Shown: positions 19,390 through 28,184 of the stretch, piece by piece | Layout of the letters: every line of letters begins with the position of its first letter | How positions within the stretch are numbered: the first letter of the stretch is position 1 | Source of the DNA: an uncultured Spirochaetota bacterium | Lineage (GTDB): Bacteria; Spirochaetota; Spirochaetia; SZUA-6; Fen-1364 | Direction of reading: 5' to 3' | DNA length: 64,000 nt | Assembly (NCBI GenBank): GCA_963845535.1 | Contig: CAWJSK010000014.1 | Coordinates: 1-64,000, forward strand | Made by a program: the position numbers and the translations under genes | The notes under the pieces: generated by a model | Told to the model about the DNA's origin: nothing | What the model saw: the letters and a program-made list of their open reading frames with translations, nothing else | Database searches by the model: none

Positions 19390-20751
19390 TCAACCGAAGT
19401 TCGTAATCAGGTATTCCGACAGCTCGGGAAATGTCGTTCCAACTCGCACTGACTGCTGGGGAAGAGTGAGACAGGCCGCAAGGCGCTCCGGCAGCTCGGG
19501 GCTCTTACCCGTGGCCTTCAGCACCGTTTCCGCGAACTTGCCCGGATGGGCCGTCGAAAGAACGATAATCTGCGCGTCACGCGCAAGGTCAGCCGTTGTG
19601 GCGGACCTTGCCGCCGCTATCCCGACAGCAGTGTGAGGATCCACCAGCACGCCGTGGGCCCGATAGACATCCGACATCGTCTGCAGCGTCTTTTCATCGC
19701 TTACGGCAATCCCGTGGATACGCGCTGCCATGTCGCGCCAGTTCCGTCGGAAGACTTCCTCCAGCCGCTCGAAGTTGCTGGGGTTTCCAACGTCCATGGC
19801 GTTGGAGAGCGTACGGGCGGAGGGTCGGGGAATGAATCGTCCCGTGGTGAGATACTGCGGGACAATGTCGTTGGCGTTGGTGGCGGCGACGAAGCCCTGG
19901 ACGGGCAATCCCCAGTGCCACGCGTAGACTCCCGCGGTCAGGTTGCCGAAGTTGCCGCTGGGCACGCAGATGACAGGGGCGCGTTCTGTTTTGCCTGCGC
20001 CCTTGCCGCCCCCGACCCTGGCTCCGTTCCTGCCGGCAATCTGCTCCCTGCGCGTGGCAGCAAACGCGTAGTACAGGCTCTGTGGAAGAAGGCGGCCAAT
20101 ATTGATGGAGTTCGCCGAGGTAAGCTGAAGCCGTCTGCGCAGGCTCGGGTCCCGGAAGGCTTCCTTGACGAGCCGCTGGCAGTCATCGAAGCTCCCCATC
20201 ACCTCGAGGGCATGGACGTTGCCTCCCAGCGTCGTGAGCTGCTTCTCCTGCAGCTCACTCACCCTGCCGGAAGGGTACAGGAGCACCACGTCGATGCCGC
20301 GCCGGCGGAAAAATGCGTTGGCCACGGCGCTTCCTGTGTCACCCGAGGTGGCCACCAGGATCTGGATTCGGCCGTCCGTTTCACGGAGAAGGTGTTCCAT
20401 AGCGGCGGCCAGGAACTGCGCGCCGAAGTCCTTGAACGCGCACGTGGGGCCGTGAAAAAGCTCGAGAAGCAGCATCTTTTCATCCAGCCTGCGAAGCACG
20501 GGGGCAAAGGAGAAAGCCGCGGTGACAATGCTGGTGACTTCGGTCTCTGAAAGCTCGGGTGACAGAATCCGGGCAAACGTGCGGCTGGATAGCTCGGTGA
20601 ACGAGGTCGAGTCATCGAATGAGGAAAAGAGCCCCCCCAGCTCTGGCGACTCAACGGGATGGTACAAGCCGCCGTCAGGGGCAAGTCCCGCGAACAGAGC
20701 CTCACGGAAGCTCACACGGTGAGTCGGGTCGGCCCGGCTGGCAAACGTCAC
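19390..20751 (-). CDS. thrC: Threonine synthase
   Basis: GLAPDGGL, ELFHGPTCAFKDFG, ATSGDTG, ANSINIGR, VPSGNFGN, TAHPGKF. Confidence 0.95.
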   Translation of the reverse strand: MTFASRADPTHRVSFREALFAGLAPDGGLYHPVESPELGGLFSSFDDSTSFTELSSRTFARILSPELSETEVTSIVTAAFSFAPVLRRLDEKMLLLELFHGPTCAFKDFGAQFLAAAMEHLLRETDGRIQILVATSGDTGSAVANAFFRRRGIDVVLLYPSGRVSELQEKQLTTLGGNVHALEVMGSFDDCQRLVKEAFRDPSLRRRLQLTSANSINIGRLLPQSLYYAFAATRREQIAGRNGARVGGGKGAGKTERAPVICVPSGNFGNLTAGVYAWHWGLPVQGFVAATNANDIVPQYLTTGRFIPRPSARTLSNAMDVGNPSNFERLEEVFRRNWRDMAARIHGIAVSDEKTLQTMSDVYRAHGVLVDPHTAVGIAAARSATTADLARDAQIIVLSTAHPGKFAETVLKATGKSPELPERLAACLTLPQQSVRVGTTFPELSEYLITNFG

Positions 20752-21719
20752 CGGGCTCTCTCCTTGCCCTCTGCGGCAGAGTCATCAATCACGCGGGGGC
20801 CTTGCGCGTTCACCGCGGAGATGTAGAGGTCGCTGCCAAGCCCCGCGTGCCGGAAAGCCTCCGCCATGCGGCGTGCGGCTTCCTCCGCGGTCTGGGAGGA
20901 CGCGCAGAGCGCAAACACCGAGGGGCCCGAACCTGAGATCGAGCAGCCCAGGGCGCCGGCGGAAAGCGCTGCCTCCTTGACGGTGGCGAACCCTGGGATG
21001 AGGAGAGACCGGGCCGGCTCCGCCACGACGTCCTGGAGGGACCGTCCGAGAAGCTGGAGGTCTCCGTTGTACAGGGCGGCAACGAGGGCAGCGAGGTTTC
21101 CCCACTGCCGGACCGCGTCCGCCAGCCTGATTTCCTTCTTCAAGATTGCGCGCGCGTCCTCCGTCCTGACCTCCGTATGGGGGTGCGCCACGGCGCAGGA
21201 AAGCCCCGGCGGGACGGGAAGCTCCACCACGTCGAGCGGGTCATAGCTGCGCACGAGCACGAAGCCGCCCAGGAGGGAGGGGGCGACGTTGTCCGCGTGC
21301 GCCGTGCCGCAAGCCACTTTCTCCGCGGCCATGGTGAACGGCAGGAGCTCCCGCCGGGAAAGCGGGCTCCCGGCCAGGATGTTCGCGCCATGGACGGCGG
21401 CCACCGCGCTGGCAGCCGAGCTTCCCAGGCCTGAGCTCAACGGCATCATTTTTTTCAGCTCTATTTCCACGCCAAAGGGATAGCCGATCTTTGAAAGGAA
21501 ACCGTGGACCGCCACAGCCGCGGTGTTCTTCGCCGGGTCCTTCGACAGCTTGCCGCCGTCCCCTTCGATGGAAAGGACCACGACTTTCCCGCTGGCGGTT
21601 CGCGAAAGAGTCACGGCATCTCCGGGGGTCTCGAGCGCGAACCCCAGGACGTCGAACCCCGAGGCGACGTTGGCCACGGTGGCCGGCGCGAAAACGGTTA
21701 TCTTCCGCGGCTGGGACAA
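20748..21719 (-). CDS. thrB: Homoserine kinase
   Basis: APATVANVASGFD, PLSSGLGSSAAS, HADNVAP, ISGSGPS. Confidence 0.95.
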   Translation of the reverse strand: MSQPRKITVFAPATVANVASGFDVLGFALETPGDAVTLSRTASGKVVVLSIEGDGGKLSKDPAKNTAAVAVHGFLSKIGYPFGVEIELKKMMPLSSGLGSSAASAVAAVHGANILAGSPLSRRELLPFTMAAEKVACGTAHADNVAPSLLGGFVLVRSYDPLDVVELPVPPGLSCAVAHPHTEVRTEDARAILKKEIRLADAVRQWGNLAALVAALYNGDLQLLGRSLQDVVAEPARSLLIPGFATVKEAALSAGALGCSISGSGPSVFALCASSQTAEEAARRMAEAFRHAGLGSDLYISAVNAQGPRVIDDSAAEGKERAR

Positions 21720-21721
21720 GC

Positions 21722-23128
21722 TCAGGAGACGGCCTCCTTGTTGGCCCGCGGAGCCACCAAAGCCGCATGGAGCGTGCGAAGCGCAAGGACGTGGTCTTTC
21801 TCCTCGATCACGAAGGAGATATTGCGCTCCGAGGAGCCCTGGGCAATGACCAGGACATTGACTCCCGCCTGGCCCAGCGAGCTGAACAGCCGGCCGGCTA
21901 TCCCAGGGGTGCCCGCCATGTTCTCTCCGATGACCGAGACGACAAGGAGGTCACGGATCAGCTCGAAGCGCTCGATGCGCCGGGTCTCCAGCTCCATGGT
22001 CAGCTCGTGGTTGAGGGCCGCCAGCGCCCGCTCTCCTTCCGCCGTCCGGAAAACCAGGCAGATGGTGTGCTCTGAGGACGCCTGCGAGATCATGATGATG
22101 TTCACGCCTTCGCGCGCAAGGACGCTGAAAATGCGCGCCGCAAAGCCGGGGATCCCCATCATGCCGCCGCCCTCGATGTTCACGAGGGAGATGCCGGATA
22201 TCGACGCAATGCCCGTCACCGCCCTGCGGCCCCGTTCGGTTTGGGAGGCAATCAGCGTCCCGGGAGCGGATGAATTGAGGCTGTTCTTGATGAGGAGCGG
22301 AATGTTCCTTTCCACCGCGGGGACCATGGTGTAGGGATGAATGACCTTGGCCCCGAAGTAGGACAGCTCCATGGCTTCTTCGTAGCTCAGGTGGGGGATC
22401 ACGAAGGCGTCCGGCACGATGCGCGGATCCGCAGACAAGACCCCGTCCACGTCGGTCCATATCTCGATCATCTGGGCGCGCGCGCCGGCCCCGATGATGG
22501 ATGCCGTATAATCCGAGCCGTTTCTGCCGATGGTGGTTGTCACGCCCTTCTCTGTCGCTCCAATGAAGCCCGGGATGACCGCGATGCCCTTGATGGGGGA
22601 GAGACGCGCCTCAATGCGCTGGTAGCTGCGCTCAAAGTTCACCACGGCGGAGCCGAAGTGGTCATTCGTGACAATCAGCTCCCGGGCGTCCAGAAGGATC
22701 ACGTCCTTGCCGCGCGAGCGCATGTACGCCGTGACGAGCACGCAGGACAGCCTCTCCCCGAAGCTCATCACGAGGTCGAGCGTGCGCGTCGAGCACTCGC
22801 GGATCAGCTCCACACCGTGGAGGATCTCCTCCAGCTCATTGCACATGAGGGCCAGCGGCGTGAGCGCCGCGGCCTGGTCCGGGGGCGGAAACAGGACGCG
22901 CACCGCGTCGAAGTGCCTTCCCCGGATGGTCTCCAGGACCTGCTTGAAGGCATCACTGCCTTCCTCCGCGGAGCGCGCCGCGGAGATGAGAAGGTCCGTC
23001 ACGCCCTTCATGGCGGAGAGCACCACGGCAACGCGCTCCGCCGCCGCGACCGGGAAGACAACCTCCGCCACTTCCCTGATGCGGCCGCCGTCAGCAAGAG
23101 AACTGCCGCCGAACTTCAGTACTTTCAC
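21722..23128 (-). CDS. Aspartate kinase with two ACT domains
   Basis: KFGGSS, GRNGSDY, WTDVDG, ELSYFGAKV, SQASSE, AQGSSE. Confidence 0.92.
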   Translation of the reverse strand: MKVLKFGGSSLADGGRIREVAEVVFPVAAAERVAVVLSAMKGVTDLLISAARSAEEGSDAFKQVLETIRGRHFDAVRVLFPPPDQAAALTPLALMCNELEEILHGVELIRECSTRTLDLVMSFGERLSCVLVTAYMRSRGKDVILLDARELIVTNDHFGSAVVNFERSYQRIEARLSPIKGIAVIPGFIGATEKGVTTTIGRNGSDYTASIIGAGARAQMIEIWTDVDGVLSADPRIVPDAFVIPHLSYEEAMELSYFGAKVIHPYTMVPAVERNIPLLIKNSLNSSAPGTLIASQTERGRRAVTGIASISGISLVNIEGGGMMGIPGFAARIFSVLAREGVNIIMISQASSEHTICLVFRTAEGERALAALNHELTMELETRRIERFELIRDLLVVSVIGENMAGTPGIAGRLFSSLGQAGVNVLVIAQGSSERNISFVIEEKDHVLALRTLHAALVAPRANKEAVS

Positions 23129-23132
23129 CTGC

Positions 23133-23546
23133 CTATTCCCCCATGACCTTTATGATGACGCGTTTGGGCCTGCGCCCGTCGAACTCGGCATAGTAGACCT
23201 GTTGCCAGGGACCCAGGTCGAGCCTTCCTTTGGTTATGGGGAGGATCACCTCGTGGCCGATAAGCAGGTTCTTGAGGTGGCTGTCGCCGTTGCTCTCACC
23301 GGTGCGGTGATGGCGGTAATCCGGCTTTCGGGGGGCAAGGGTCTCGAGCCAGTCATCGATGTCCTGGATCAGGCCCTGTTCCGCGTCGTTCACATAGACG
23401 CCCGCGGTGATGTGCATGGCAGAGACGAGCGCCATTCCCTCCTGGCACCCGCTGGCGGTCACCGCCTCCGCCACCTTGTCCGTGATGTTGATGTAGTCGC
23501 GTTCCTTGCGGGTGTTGAACGTGAGGTACGCCGTATGAAACTTCAT
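23133..23546 (-). CDS. yjbQ: YjbQ/UPF0047 family protein
   Basis: MHITAG, NGDSHLK, LGPWQ, EFDG. Confidence 0.9.
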   Translation of the reverse strand: MKFHTAYLTFNTRKERDYINITDKVAEAVTASGCQEGMALVSAMHITAGVYVNDAEQGLIQDIDDWLETLAPRKPDYRHHRTGESNGDSHLKNLLIGHEVILPITKGRLDLGPWQQVYYAEFDGRRPKRVIIKVMGE

Positions 23547-23595
23547 GCCCCTGTCTCCAGTGTACCGGCAAAATACACCGTTTGCGGAGCGTGGT

Positions 23596-23964
23596 CTACA
23601 GGGTGGCTTGGCGGCTATTGCCGTGAAGAGATGCCTCGCACTCCGCGCATTCTATGAATGGTTTGGCCTTGCGATGAATCCAACGGCAATCTGTCGGCTG
23701 CTCGCCGGATTCTGTAACAGGCTGGGGCCCGCGATGATTGCGAGGGCAGGCCATGTTCCGGGGAACGCTCCCTCTGAAGCTGGCATCCTCGGAGGCGTCA
23801 CGTCGCGACTTTTTTGCCGCCAATTTCATCCTGATGACGATTGCTCCTGAGACGATTGCGTAAGGAATGCCGAGAATGAGCAAGAAAAGCATGCCGGCGG
23901 CAACCCTTGCAACGTTCGCGCAGAGCGCCCCCAGAAGTTTGCGAACACCGGTGCGGTCGTTCAC
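23596..23964 (-). CDS. Hypothetical membrane protein, last gene of the island operon
   Basis: GTGA overlap with the kinase stop codon; one hydrophobic segment. Confidence 0.45.
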   Translation of the reverse strand: MNDRTGVRKLLGALCANVARVAAGMLFLLILGIPYAIVSGAIVIRMKLAAKKSRRDASEDASFRGSVPRNMACPRNHRGPQPVTESGEQPTDCRWIHRKAKPFIECAECEASLHGNSRQATL

Positions 23965-26483
23965 GTTACACCTTGTTCGCCCTGCAGCATGGCGCTGATG
24001 AATGCGGAAACGAGCGCTCCATCGAATTGCCTGTTCTGGTTACGGATCAGTTCGCGGACCGCCTCGCTGGGAGGAAGCGCCTTTCTGTAGGGACGGTTAT
24101 TCGTCATTGCGTGATAGGCATCCGCTATGCCAATGATCCGCGCAAAGAGAGGGATTTCATCTCCCCTCAGTCCCCTCGGATACCCGGATCCATCAAAGTG
24201 CTCCTGATGAGCCAGGATGATTGCGCCGACGTCTTTGTACGAATCAAAGTGCCCCAGCAATCGCGCGCCAAGCTCCGGGTGGGTCCTCATGATGGCCCAC
24301 TCCTCATCCGTCAAAGGGGACTCCTTGAGAAGGATGCGGTCCGGGATTCCCAACTTTCCAATGTCGTGCAAGAGCAGGGAGTCTTTCAACGTTCTGTCCA
24401 GCGGAATACCAATTCCTTTTGCTATGAGAGAGCCCAGGTTGAGAACATCACGCGAATGGCCAGCCGTATTGAAATCCCTGATTTCAAGGGATTGCGAAAA
24501 GCTCATGCTCAGCTCGTCCATTCGCGTGGCCAGTTCCGCCTCTCGCGCCAACGCGCGTTGGAGGTTTCGCGTCATGAGCAGGTTCCTGATGCGCGCATCC
24601 AACTCACGGACATTGACGGGTTTGGGCAGGTAGTCATCGGCGCCTTTTTCCAATCCTTCAAGCTTTGATTCCAGCTCAGGCTTTGCGGTAACCAGGATAA
24701 CGGGAATCTGCCGTGTCCTTTCCCCTGACTTGATGCGGCCTACGAGCTCATAGCCGTCCATGCGGGGCATCATGACATCGGAGATGACGAGATCCGGGAG
24801 GTCCGTCTGCACACGCTCCCAGCCGTCCATGCCATCCACTGCGGTGCCAACGTCGTGGCCGAAACGAGAAAGCATTTTGCAGAAATACGCTCTCAGATCA
24901 GCGTTGTCCTCGACGAGCAGTATCCGGTCAGAGGGTGCGCCCGGTGAGGGTGCCGGGAAGGCATCCTCAGCCATTCCCTTGCTGATCTGGTCCTTCTCAA
25001 TAAGCGCGAGATGGTCGACCGTGATCCCGGCATCCGAGGCTCGTCGGCCCGAGAGATCTGAAGCTCTTCGGATATCTCTCCTTCTCTCCTTCTCGATAGC
25101 GTCAATGGAGGGTTGGCGGCGCTCGCGCTGGCGCCTATCGATAAAGGCATCAGGTGCAAGCTCTTCAAGGTTTGCCGGCAACTCGACGCGGAAGGTTGAG
25201 CCTCTGCCTTCCTCACTGACAAGGCTGATTCGTCCTTGCATCAGCTCAACGGAGTCTTTGACTATGGTCAGCCCCAACCCCGTTCCTTCGTATTTGCGTG
25301 TGCTCGATGAGTCAACCTGCTGGAATCTTTGAAAAATCTTTTCCAGATCCTGCGCAGCAATACCGATGCCGGTGTCACGAACTTCAAACCAGAGACTCCC
25401 ATTTGATGCACCGACCCTCACCGTTATGGATCCGCTCTCGGTGAACTTTATGGCGTTGCGGATCAGGTTTGTCAGAATTCGTTCAAGTTTCTCCCCATCA
25501 AGGTACACGATCCTTGGGACGCTCTCGCAAACGTAGCGAAGTTGCAGGCCCTTTCTCTCAGTGACCTCTTGAAAGGTCGTCACAATGTCTCGCGCAACCT
25601 CATCAAGGTCGATGTTGCTCAAGCGAAGCTGCATTTTTCGAGCTTCAAACTTGGAAAAATCGAGCATTTGGTTGATCATATCGAGGAGCTTTAGCGCGTT
25701 TCGGTATACCTGACCGATGAGCTGCTTTTTTTCGGGGTCCAAAAGCCCAAGATCTCCCTGAAAGAGACTCTGAATGGGAGCAAGGATCGACGTAAGGGGG
25801 GTACGGACTTCGTGGCTGACGTTTGCAAAGAACTGAGACTTCAAAATGTCGAGTTTTTTTAGCTCCTCATTCGCACGGGCAAGACTGAATCGCGCACTGA
25901 ACTCCCTGTAGCGGATCTGCCCCGCCAGATGTGAACTCAGAATCACGAGCACTATTGTCGCCAGGAAAAAGAAGTTGTTATTCAGCAGAATATCGAGCCG
26001 ATCTATTTTTTGATATGCCAACATTGGCACGACGTACGTGATATAGAGGATACTGCACACTATGGCTGCCCTCTTTGTACTCAGCGGCAGCACGTAAATT
26101 TCTGCCAACAGCACCAAATTGATTCCCGCATAATATGTACTTGAGTACCCGCCTGACAAATGAACCATGAATACGATCGAGATGCCCGCCGCGAGATATT
26201 CCAGCATCGACAGTAGATACGGCCGCTCCTCGCCAAAGGCTGTTCGCGTCAGCGCAAGTATAATCATATTCGCAGCTACGCATCCCAGCCGAATGCCTAA
26301 AAACGTAACAAACAGGGCGGGCCACTCGAAATAGTCGAGAATCCCGAACACCATGAACAAGACAGTGGCCGTGATTGCTCCTGTTACGACATCGCGTCTT
26401 GCCTTGTCTTTTGTCTCTCTGTCAAACCCTTCCCAAAGAACTCTGTCTGCCCTTTGCGATCTTTCCCTTTTTGGATCACCCAT
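23961..26483 (-). CDS. Membrane sensor histidine kinase-REC-HD-GYP hybrid
   Basis: About 5-6 TM segments; SHEVRTPL, NAIKFT, DTGIG, GTGLGL; REC (VEDN, DVMMP, TAK, KP); HD-GYP (HDIGK, HQEHFDGSGYP, RPYR). Confidence 0.92.
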   Translation of the reverse strand: MGDPKRERSQRADRVLWEGFDRETKDKARRDVVTGAITATVLFMVFGILDYFEWPALFVTFLGIRLGCVAANMIILALTRTAFGEERPYLLSMLEYLAAGISIVFMVHLSGGYSSTYYAGINLVLLAEIYVLPLSTKRAAIVCSILYITYVVPMLAYQKIDRLDILLNNNFFFLATIVLVILSSHLAGQIRYREFSARFSLARANEELKKLDILKSQFFANVSHEVRTPLTSILAPIQSLFQGDLGLLDPEKKQLIGQVYRNALKLLDMINQMLDFSKFEARKMQLRLSNIDLDEVARDIVTTFQEVTERKGLQLRYVCESVPRIVYLDGEKLERILTNLIRNAIKFTESGSITVRVGASNGSLWFEVRDTGIGIAAQDLEKIFQRFQQVDSSSTRKYEGTGLGLTIVKDSVELMQGRISLVSEEGRGSTFRVELPANLEELAPDAFIDRRQRERRQPSIDAIEKERRRDIRRASDLSGRRASDAGITVDHLALIEKDQISKGMAEDAFPAPSPGAPSDRILLVEDNADLRAYFCKMLSRFGHDVGTAVDGMDGWERVQTDLPDLVISDVMMPRMDGYELVGRIKSGERTRQIPVILVTAKPELESKLEGLEKGADDYLPKPVNVRELDARIRNLLMTRNLQRALAREAELATRMDELSMSFSQSLEIRDFNTAGHSRDVLNLGSLIAKGIGIPLDRTLKDSLLLHDIGKLGIPDRILLKESPLTDEEWAIMRTHPELGARLLGHFDSYKDVGAIILAHQEHFDGSGYPRGLRGDEIPLFARIIGIADAYHAMTNNRPYRKALPPSEAVRELIRNQNRQFDGALVSAFISAMLQGEQGVT

Positions 26484-26754
26484 GGCGACCTTCCTGCCAT
26501 TTCTCTATGAGCAAGGAGATGAACTCCCCTACTGTCTGCACATCTCCGAATTGTGTCTCGTCGAGCTTCATGCCGAACGTTTTCTCACACCCGTAGAAAA
26601 TTTCGATTGCCCGCATGCTATCGATGCCCAACTCGTCGCGGATCAGTACATCATCTTCCAGTTCGATCTCCGGTATCTTCGCCAGACGCGCAACAAGCTT
26701 TCGGATATCGCCCTTCATTGTCTCCCGCTGATTTTCTGCCTGCTGCTCACCCAT
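26476..26754 (-). CDS. Acyl carrier protein
   Basis: 92 aa acidic protein with ELGIDSM Ppant-serine motif; GGAGG RBS. Confidence 0.9.
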   Translation of the reverse strand: MGEQQAENQRETMKGDIRKLVARLAKIPEIELEDDVLIRDELGIDSMRAIEIFYGCEKTFGMKLDETQFGDVQTVGEFISLLIEKWQEGRHG

Positions 26755-26786
26755 GACGCCCCCCTCCTTGTTCCGTCCGAGGCTAT

Positions 26787-28184
26787 TCATTCCAGAATCG
26801 TGAACGTATTCGGAATCTTGTACGCTGCCAGATTCTCTTTGAGGTAGGCCCTCAGTTCTTTCGTTTTTTCCTCCAAGCCAACCCGCTTGCTTATTCCAAC
26901 CCTCGCGACCAGCCTTCTTTTCTCGTAAGTCACACATGCCTTCGCAACCTCTTTGTCGCTACATATGGCGCGTGACACTTCTTCCAAATCCACTAGATTT
27001 CCGTTCACCTTGCACGTTCTCTTTAGTTCCCTCACAAATACGAGATGGCCGTTCTCAAACCGTCCTACGTCCCCTGTCTTGAACCATCCCGCTTCGTTTG
27101 CTTCCCTCGACTCTTCGCTTCTGCGATAGTAGCTCCCCCCCATGTCAACCGCTTTGATCAGTATTTCCCCTTCACCGGCAGAGCCCCCCGGTTTTATCAT
27201 GCAGTTCACTTCGTCGCAGACAGGCCCAACCGTTCCTCCCCTCGACTCATATCGCCTGTTGCAGCTCACAGGAGTGAACTCCGTAAGCCCATATCCCTGA
27301 AGTATCTCTTTTTTTAGGGAACGCGTTATTGCCGAGTGCTCTTCTTCCGTGAGCAAACTTCCTCCGGATCCCAACACCTTTAGCGATGGCAGCTCCTCTT
27401 GCTCCTCCTTCACCCTCGCCAACATTCCATAGATCTCAGGAATCGCGGTGATGTGATCGATTTGATGCTCCCTTATGCAGTCAAACAGCCTTCGCGGGTG
27501 TAGCGTAGACAGAACCACCGCAGTCATCTTGTACACAAGGGGCATCACCACACACCCAACAAGCGTGAAAATGTGCGACATTGGCAGAATGACGAGCGTC
27601 TTCTCAGTCTGTTCCGCGCGCAATCCCTCCCAAAACACTCGCGCGCCGTGCAGGTATTGCGAATGCGGCACCATGGAACCAAGAGGGTAGCCATAGCCCC
27701 GATACGTGTAGTTTATGGTCGCTACTTCGTCCGGCATTTCAGGCGCAGGCCCCGTCACTTCTCCCGCTTGCAGCAACTTCACGCCTTGCGAACTGTGGAC
27801 GATCACTATCACTCCATTCAAGTATTTTCCCAGAAACCCCAAGTGATCCGACTCCGTCACGACTGCTTGCGGCTGTGCATTCTTGAAGATTTCAGATAGC
27901 TCCAGCTCGCGGTACTCCATTTTTGCCATTACCGGAATCGCCTTCACGCGCATCAACGCTAGAAACATCACAATGAAATCCACGGAGTTTCGTAAAAACA
28001 CCGGCACCAAGTATTTCTCCCGTATCCCCCATGAAAGCAGCTTCAATGCGGTTTCGGCTACACCCCTGGACAACGCTTCCGCCGAAACATTTGTGCTTCC
28101 GCCTTCCTGTCCGATTTCCACCAGAGCCGGCGTTTTCCCCCACGCTTTCAGCCGGCTTCCGATTACTTCGTCCAGCCCCGTCAC
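26787..28184 (-). CDS. AMP-binding (ANL) acyl-CoA/acyl-ACP ligase-like protein, atypical
   Basis: LPMSHIF, SGGS, QGYGLTE, GWFKTGDVG, AAYKIP; P-loop degenerate (YTYRGYGYPLG). Confidence 0.85.
   Translation of the reverse strand: MTGLDEVIGSRLKAWGKTPALVEIGQEGGSTNVSAEALSRGVAETALKLLSWGIREKYLVPVFLRNSVDFIVMFLALMRVKAIPVMAKMEYRELELSEIFKNAQPQAVVTESDHLGFLGKYLNGVIVIVHSSQGVKLLQAGEVTGPAPEMPDEVATINYTYRGYGYPLGSMVPHSQYLHGARVFWEGLRAEQTEKTLVILPMSHIFTLVGCVVMPLVYKMTAVVLSTLHPRRLFDCIREHQIDHITAIPEIYGMLARVKEEQEELPSLKVLGSGGSLLTEEEHSAITRSLKKEILQGYGLTEFTPVSCNRRYESRGGTVGPVCDEVNCMIKPGGSAGEGEILIKAVDMGGSYYRRSEESREANEAGWFKTGDVGRFENGHLVFVRELKRTCKVNGNLVDLEEVSRAICSDKEVAKACVTYEKRRLVARVGISKRVGLEEKTKELRAYLKENLAAYKIPNTFTILE

Noticed and set aside
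10049..23146. Long antisense ORFs (e.g. 10049..11434, 16235..17359, 18287..19393, 19546..20550)
   Set aside because: Shadow frames of high-GC genes with no motifs
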